Assembly: GCA_950072105.1 (NCBI GenBank) | Contig: CATMOE010000009.1 | Location: 14,443-78,442, forward strand | Length of the DNA stretch: 64,000 nt | Direction: 5' to 3' | DNA from: an uncultured Dehalococcoidia bacterium | GTDB taxonomy: Bacteria; Chloroflexota; Dehalococcoidia; Lucifugimonadales; UBA3495 | In this document: positions 58,239 through 64,000 of the stretch, piece after piece | Layout: the number at the start of each line of letters is the position of its first letter | Position numbering within the stretch: the first letter of the stretch is position 1 | The notes under the pieces: generated by a model | What the model saw: only the letters and a program-made list of their open reading frames with translations | Told to the model about the DNA's origin: nothing | Databases searched by the model: none | Translations under genes and position numbers: made by a program

Positions 58239-59057
58239 ATGCCTGATTACCGCCACATTCTTCTAGATAAAGACGCATCAGACCACATCGTCAAAATTAC
58301 CCTCAACCGTCCGGAGCGGCTCAACGCCCTGAACGACCTAATGATTGATGAGATTGGCGATGCCGTGGAAGACGTCAGCAGCGACGACTCGATGCGGGTC
58401 CTGATCCTCACCGGAGCCGGGCGGGCATTCTGTTCCGGCGGCGACCTCCAAACCCTGGTCGGCGGCAACGAACCTGGCTCCCTGGTGTCGGACAACTCCG
58501 ATGACATTCGCCGGGGGTTCGAACACATTCAAAAGTTTGTCCTAGGCATCCATCGGATGGAAAAACCGGTGATCGCCATGGTCAACGGCGTCGCCGCCGG
58601 CGCCGGTTTTGACATTACTTGCGTCTGCGACATACGGGTCGGTTGCCCCCAGTCCCGGTTCGTGTCGGCATACGTGCGCATAGGCCTCTTCCCGGGCTTC
58701 GGAGGGACTTGGCTCTACCCACGGGCATTGGGGAGTGTCAGCAAAGCCGCCGAGATGCTCTTCACCGGAGATCCCCTGGAAGCCGAGGAGGCCCACCACC
58801 TGGGATTTCTCAGCAAGCTGGTGCCCCAGGAAGACCTGGAAAACACCACTATGGAGATGGCAAGGAAGATCGCCGCCGGCCCGCCCGTAGCCATCCGCCT
58901 TTCCAAGCTGATGCTTTACAAAGGCTTGGAGTTCGATCTGGAGACCGCCATGAAGATGGCGGCCGCCGCCGAGACTATCACTCCAACTTCCCGGGATCAT
59001 GAGGAGGGTACAAAGGCTATTCGGGAGTCCCGCAAGCCGGCGTACGAGGGTAGATGA
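58239..59057 (+). CDS. Enoyl-CoA hydratase/isomerase family protein
   Basis: LNRPERLNAL, FCSGGDL, KPVIAMVNG.AAGAG. Confidence 0.93.
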   Translation: MPDYRHILLDKDASDHIVKITLNRPERLNALNDLMIDEIGDAVEDVSSDDSMRVLILTGAGRAFCSGGDLQTLVGGNEPGSLVSDNSDDIRRGFEHIQKFVLGIHRMEKPVIAMVNGVAAGAGFDITCVCDIRVGCPQSRFVSAYVRIGLFPGFGGTWLYPRALGSVSKAAEMLFTGDPLEAEEAHHLGFLSKLVPQEDLENTTMEMARKIAAGPPVAIRLSKLMLYKGLEFDLETAMKMAAAAETITPTSRDHEEGTKAIRESRKPAYEGR

Positions 59058-60007
59058 TGGAAGCGATACTCGACGAACTCAAAATTTTTACCGGAAACGC
59101 CCACCGGGGTTTGGCTGAGGATGTGTGCAAGTATCTGGACATCCCTCTGGGCCAAGCAGAGGTGTTCAAGTTCTCCAACGATAATACCTTCGTCAGAATC
59201 CAAGAAAACGTCCGCCAAAGGGACGTTTTTATAATTCAGCCTACCTGCGCCCCGGTGAACGATAACCTGATGGAACTGCTGATCATGATAGACGCCTGCA
59301 AGCGGGCGTCCGCCGGCCGCATCACCGCCGTGGTTCCTTACTACGCCTATGGCCGCACCGACAAAAAGGACCAGCCCCGGGTGCCGATAACCGCCCGGCT
59401 AGTGGCCGACCTACTCACCGCCGCCGGCGCCGACCGCCTCCTAACCGTTGACCTCCATGCCGGCCAGATCCAGGGCTTCTTCAACATCCCGGTGGACGAA
59501 CTGACCGCCCTGCCCATGTTGTCGGACTACTTCCAGGCCAAAGAATTGTCGGACCTGGTGGTCGTAGCGGTGGACATCGGAATAAGTAAAAAGGCAAGAG
59601 ACGTGGCAGAGCGGCTCCACGCGCCGCTGGCCATCATTGAGAAGCGCCGCGTGGGCAACGACGAACGTAGCGAGGTGATGAATGTCATCGGCGATGTCGA
59701 AGGCAAGATTGCTTTGACCTTCGATGACGAGATCGACACCGGGGGCACCATCGCCAACGCCGCAAGGGTTCTTGCCGAAAAGGGAGTCAAGGAAGTTTAT
59801 TGCTGCGTTACCCACCCCGTGTTCTCCAAGGACGCGGTCGACGTGATGGCAAAGAGCGCCTTTCGCGAAGTAGTCGTGTCCGATACCATCCCCATGCCCG
59901 CGGAGAAGCGCAACGGTAAAATCACCGTGCTGCCCGTTGCTCCCCTCCTGGGCGAAGCGATCTTCCGAATCCACAAGGGTCTTTCCGTAGGGGAAATGTT
60001 TAACTGA
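59054..60007 (+). CDS. prs: Ribose-phosphate pyrophosphokinase
   Basis: NDNLMELL, PYYAYGR.DK, DLHAGQIQGFF, DDEIDTGGT. Confidence 0.96.
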   Translation: MMEAILDELKIFTGNAHRGLAEDVCKYLDIPLGQAEVFKFSNDNTFVRIQENVRQRDVFIIQPTCAPVNDNLMELLIMIDACKRASAGRITAVVPYYAYGRTDKKDQPRVPITARLVADLLTAAGADRLLTVDLHAGQIQGFFNIPVDELTALPMLSDYFQAKELSDLVVVAVDIGISKKARDVAERLHAPLAIIEKRRVGNDERSEVMNVIGDVEGKIALTFDDEIDTGGTIANAARVLAEKGVKEVYCCVTHPVFSKDAVDVMAKSAFREVVVSDTIPMPAEKRNGKITVLPVAPLLGEAIFRIHKGLSVGEMFN

Positions 60008-60027
60008 TCTTGGAGGTTTCGCGTCCC

Positions 60028-61203
60028 ATGTACGATTTGCTGATCAAGGGCGGGACCGTCATAGATCCCTCCCAGAAACTGAACGGTCTCAACGATGTAG
60101 CCGTTGAAGACGGGAAGATTGCCCGGGTGGCGCCGAACATACCCGCCGAAGAGGCTACCCGAGTGATTGACGTGGCTGGAAAAATCGTCACGCCTGGACT
60201 CATCGACCTGCATACCCACGTGTATGACGGAGTCAACGGCAACGGCGTAAAAGCGGATCTGGGGGGCGTACGGGCCGGGGTCACCACCATGGTGGATGCC
60301 GGCAGCGCGGGTTGCGACACCTTTGGCGGCATCCCCAAGCACGTGATACCCGGCAACGACACCGAAATCATCTGCTTCTTGCACATCTGCCGCACCGGCC
60401 TGGCTACCACACCGGACATCTTCAGCCCAGCTAGCATCGACCTGGACAAGACTATCCAGGTAGCCTCCGAGAACCGCGATGTGATTTGCGGTATCAAAGC
60501 GCGCATGGTTTCCCCTGCCTTGGAGATCATGGGAATGGAGATGCCCAAGCTGGCGAAGCGGGCCGCCAAGGAAGCCGGCGTTAAGCTGATGGTGCACATC
60601 GGCGACACGGAGAAGCGATACGACCCCAATGTTATCCGCGAACTGCTGCCTATCCTGGAAGAGGGAGACATCGTCACCCACCTGTTCACTGCTAATCCGG
60701 GCGGCATCCTGGACGCGGACGGCAACCTGGTTCCCGAGGCGAAGGAAGCCAAGGACCGGGGGGTGTGGATGGACACTGCCCACGGTAGGATGAACTTCAG
60801 CTTCGACGTGGGCCAACGGATCCTTGACCAGGATCTGATACCTCACTGCATCAGCACCGATCTGACCCTGCCCGGAAGGGCTCTCACCGTCCATAGCATG
60901 ACCGAGATGATGACCCGCTTCCTAGCCATGGACTTCACCATCGATCAGGTAGTCACCATGTCCACTCTGAATCCGGCCAAAGCGATCGGTCAGGAACACC
61001 GTCTGGGCACCCTGGGCGTTGGCATGCAAGCCGACATATCGATATTGGACATTGAGGAAGGGGACTGGGTGGTTAGCGACGTGGTGGGCGGGACCCGGCG
61101 TACCGAGAAAGCGGTTGTTCCGACGCTGACGATCAAGAAGGGGCAGGTATTCGAAGTCGGCTGGGGTCCCCGGTCCTGGGGTTGGGAACCCGACTCCGCC
61201 TAA
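60028..61203 (+). CDS. Amidohydrolase/deacetylase family metallohydrolase (dihydroorotase-like)
   Basis: PGLIDLHTH, GVTTMVDAGS, MVHIG, ISTD, NPA. Confidence 0.9.
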   Translation: MYDLLIKGGTVIDPSQKLNGLNDVAVEDGKIARVAPNIPAEEATRVIDVAGKIVTPGLIDLHTHVYDGVNGNGVKADLGGVRAGVTTMVDAGSAGCDTFGGIPKHVIPGNDTEIICFLHICRTGLATTPDIFSPASIDLDKTIQVASENRDVICGIKARMVSPALEIMGMEMPKLAKRAAKEAGVKLMVHIGDTEKRYDPNVIRELLPILEEGDIVTHLFTANPGGILDADGNLVPEAKEAKDRGVWMDTAHGRMNFSFDVGQRILDQDLIPHCISTDLTLPGRALTVHSMTEMMTRFLAMDFTIDQVVTMSTLNPAKAIGQEHRLGTLGVGMQADISILDIEEGDWVVSDVVGGTRRTEKAVVPTLTIKKGQVFEVGWGPRSWGWEPDSA

Positions 61204-61262
61204 ATACGGTTCAGCAAGCTCCAGTCTCTACCCATGAGAGAACTGGGTTGTCAGACAGGCTT

Positions 61263-62264
61263 CTACTCCGATTCTTTTTGTTTGGTTTTCTTCGGCCAAT
61301 GTATCCGCCTAGTCAAGCGGCGAACCTTAGCCATCGGATGGAACCTGGGGCGAAGATTAGCCGCCAACAGAGGCGCCACCTGATTATTCCCCACCACCAG
61401 CGGAGCGGCCCAACGGCGTAGCTCCTTCAACGTGGGCGGCTTTTCCTGCCAGGTGGGCACCAGGCTATCCATGACATGCCACCCTTTTTCTTTTGGCGAC
61501 CGGGTCATTACCGTGCCCCCGGCTTCCATGACCGCCAGGGCGCCCGCAGCCATGTCCCACATACGGGGAGCGCCGAAAACGGCATACTGCATCACACCGC
61601 AGGCGGTCATTGCCAACTCGTAGGCGATGCTGCCGGTGGTGCGGGGTTCCCCCGACTTACCCCGCAGCCCTTTGCCATACTTGGTCAAATAGCTGAAGTG
61701 GCCGGGAAGACCGGCCAACCGGTTATTAACCGGTTCGTCTGACTTATAGACTTCCACCGGGTCTTCCCCGGCGAAGCATCCTCCGCCTTGCCGGCAGTGC
61801 AGTACAAAGCCGCCTCCCGGTTTTGGCCACGGTATGAACAGAGCCCCGGCCAGGAGTCGGCCCCGGTGCAAAACCCCAACAGACACGGCGTACACCGGGA
61901 GGCCGTTAAGAAAGTTGGTGGTCCCGTCCAGAGGGTCCAGCACCCACAGGAAATCCCCACATGGCGTTTCAGTCGCGCCGGTGTCCTTCTTAGATTCTTC
62001 AGACTCTTCCTCACCCAAGATTGAATGGTCCGGGAAAAGTCCGCTTATCTCGCCGACCAAATATTCCTGACAGGCCTTGTCCACCTCGGTGACCGGATCC
62101 CGTTCTTCTTTGTCCTTATACTCTATCGATATTTTTTTTCCAAAATGGGCCGCCAAAATGTCACCGGCGCCCTGAGCCATTCGAACCGCCGCGGCTTCAA
62201 TCTCACGGGCCAATACGTCGTCTTCAAACAATTTAGATGGTTGGTTCACGGGACCTCGCTGCAT
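61263..62264 (-). CDS. Inositol monophosphatase family protein
   Basis: VTEVD, GEE, WVLDPLDGTTNF, WDMAAG. Confidence 0.92.
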   Translation of the reverse strand: MQRGPVNQPSKLFEDDVLAREIEAAAVRMAQGAGDILAAHFGKKISIEYKDKEERDPVTEVDKACQEYLVGEISGLFPDHSILGEEESEESKKDTGATETPCGDFLWVLDPLDGTTNFLNGLPVYAVSVGVLHRGRLLAGALFIPWPKPGGGFVLHCRQGGGCFAGEDPVEVYKSDEPVNNRLAGLPGHFSYLTKYGKGLRGKSGEPRTTGSIAYELAMTACGVMQYAVFGAPRMWDMAAGALAVMEAGGTVMTRSPKEKGWHVMDSLVPTWQEKPPTLKELRRWAAPLVVGNNQVAPLLAANLRPRFHPMAKVRRLTRRIHWPKKTKQKESE

Positions 62265-62474
62265 CTGGAAGAAGGTGGGAAAGAGCCTGACCTGGCTTCA
62301 GGCCGACTCAGTATAACATCGGGATATATCCCGCTATCTCAAGCTCTTGAATGCGCATTATTGGCCCTATAGAGAGCGCCTGATATAATCGAATGCCGAG
62401 CCGGGCCTCAGAACTTTGATCCATTCCAGATTCCCGGCTCAAATCAACCCAGAAAAGTTGAGGCGAAAGGATAG

Positions 62475-63266
62475 ATGGACCTGGAACTGACGGGCAAAGT
62501 AGCGATAATTGGTGGCGCCAGCAAAGGCTTGGGAAAGGCTTGCGCAGACGTGCTGGCTCAAGAAGGCGCTAAATTAACCATGTGCAGCCGCACGGAGGCC
62601 GACCTGCATCAAGCGGCTGAAGAGATACGCCGGGACACCAACGCCGATATCCTAGAATTCCCTGGTGACCTGGACAGCCCCAAAACGATTACCGCGTTGG
62701 TAGCAGCCACCGTGGAGCGGTTTGGGCGTTTGGATGTGATGATCAATAACTCCGGTGGGCCGCCACTGGCCAGGGCCGCCACGGCCACCGAGGAACAGTG
62801 GGAGACGGCGGTGCAGCGCTCGCTCCTGTTCTTCGCTCGCATGTGCCGGGAATCACTTCCTCATCTGAAGCAGCAGGGCGGGGGGCGAATCATCAACATC
62901 CTGGCAAGCACCGTCTACCAACCCATCGATAACCTGGCTTTGTCCGGCGCGACCCGTATGGGAGTTGTTGCCTACGCCAAGAGCCTGGCCGACGAGGTGG
63001 GCCGGGACAATATCACGGTGAACAATGTGTGTCCCGGCTCTATCCTCAGTGACCGCATGCTCTCCAACGTTACCTCTCGGGCCAACGACATAGGTATTTC
63101 CGTGGAAGAAGCTCTGGAGGAAAGAGCCAAAGAAACCGCTTTGGGCCGCGTGGGTGAACCGGCGGAATTGGCCCACCTAGTTGCCTTCTTGGCATCTGGC
63201 AAGGCCACCTACATCACCGGGACCACTATCCTGGTGGACGGCGGCCTGGTACGTTCGGTGCTATGA
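62475..63266 (+). CDS. Atypical SDR family oxidoreductase
   Basis: GGASKGLG, NNSGGP, LSGATR (no Tyr), YITG..VDGG. Confidence 0.9.
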   Translation: MDLELTGKVAIIGGASKGLGKACADVLAQEGAKLTMCSRTEADLHQAAEEIRRDTNADILEFPGDLDSPKTITALVAATVERFGRLDVMINNSGGPPLARAATATEEQWETAVQRSLLFFARMCRESLPHLKQQGGGRIINILASTVYQPIDNLALSGATRMGVVAYAKSLADEVGRDNITVNNVCPGSILSDRMLSNVTSRANDIGISVEEALEERAKETALGRVGEPAELAHLVAFLASGKATYITGTTILVDGGLVRSVL

Positions 63267-63674
63267 CCGGTGACCGGTCGCTATTACGCTGGAGACCTTG
63301 CTCTCGAAGCTGCCCCGTTGATTCACGATACTTACCACCTTCAAAAGAGCACCCAACTCCTTGGACCGCGCTCCTCTGTTTCCGCCAAAGGTCACGTCTG
63401 TGACCGGTTGGTGACCGCATTACTTTATGGTTTCTCGAACCCTCCTTTTGGCGTGGCTCGAATCAGAGGTTTCTTAGGAAATCTCTTCAAATTTGAGATA
63501 GAAAATATACTGGACAATGGGTAAGATAGCTTTATAGTCGTAGGCATACCACAGGGTCACAAGCTTGGGGAAACGAATTTGACTCGAGAAATCTTGGAGT
63601 ATATTACCACCGCTGAGGCGCTGGCCCCTTCGGCGGACCAACCTCGTTTGACCCACTAGACATTCGAGGCCGTG

Positions 63675-64000
63675 ATGATGGCCATGGCACAATTTCCCAC
63701 AAATAACTATCTCATCTACGTAGTTGATGACGACAAAGCGATCGCCAGACTTCTGTCGATTAATCTGGAGGCTCGGGGATACCAGGTCAAGGAGTTCGGC
63801 AGCGGATTGCAAGCTGTCTCCAGTCTGGAAACCGACGATCCCCATCTGGTCATTCTGGATATTATGATGCCAGGACCAGACGGGCTGGAGATCACCAGGC
63901 GGATCCGTCAGATTTCCCAGGTGCCGATCCTGATTCTCAGCGTTCTGGATGAGACCGCGTCCAAGCTAACCGCCCTGGACTTGGGAGCTGACGACTACCT
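63675..64000 (+). CDS. OmpR/KdpE-family response regulator, 3' truncated by window edge
   Basis: My translation: ..IYVVDDDKAIARLL..LVILDIMMPGPDG..PILILS..LDLGADDY; not in the ORF track because no stop is reached. Confidence 0.9.
   Translation, partial: MMAMAQFPTNNYLIYVVDDDKAIARLLSINLEARGYQVKEFGSGLQAVSSLETDDPHLVILDIMMPGPDGLEITRRIRQISQVPILILSVLDETASKLTALDLGADDY

Noticed and set aside
59797..60894. Long antisense ORFs (also 43249-44163, 41877-42716, 32514-33287)
   Set aside because: Shadow ORFs opposite well-supported genes, expected at high GC.
63270..63845. ORFs 63270-63524 (+) and 63474-63845 (-)
   Set aside because: The first has no supporting features; the second is antisense to the response regulator.

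Overview
This is a ~60% GC bacterial chromosomal segment. Its gene content points to a SAR202-like Dehalococcoidia (Chloroflexota), which is an inference: three luciferase-like monooxygenases, SDRs, a family III CoA-transferase, an enoyl-CoA hydratase, family-5 peptide ABC systems with EVIKEVPVEK stalk repeats, and an archaellin. It carries three tRNAs (Leu-GAG, Cys-GCA, Leu-TAA), two Dpp/Opp-type ABC clusters, many catabolic enzymes, and a housekeeping block (rsmI, argF, der, plsY, gpsA, ispH, thrC, prs). The most unusual items are: (1) a signal-peptide-less periplasmic-binding-fold protein with an in-frame TGA followed by a SECIS-like hairpin, a candidate new selenoprotein (24963-25883); (2) three tandem, separately promoted Tat-less reductive-dehalogenase-like paralogs with near-identical Fe-S cassettes but divergent putative substrate loops (43144-47702), next to a pentapeptide-TIR fusion and an FlK-like thioesterase; (3) an orphan archaellin gene; (4) a large surface protein broken by a 1-nt frameshift in a G6 tract; (5) an isolated eboA-eboB pair. 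I found no CRISPR array, rRNA, transposase or integrase. All family assignments come from motif recognition, not from database searches.
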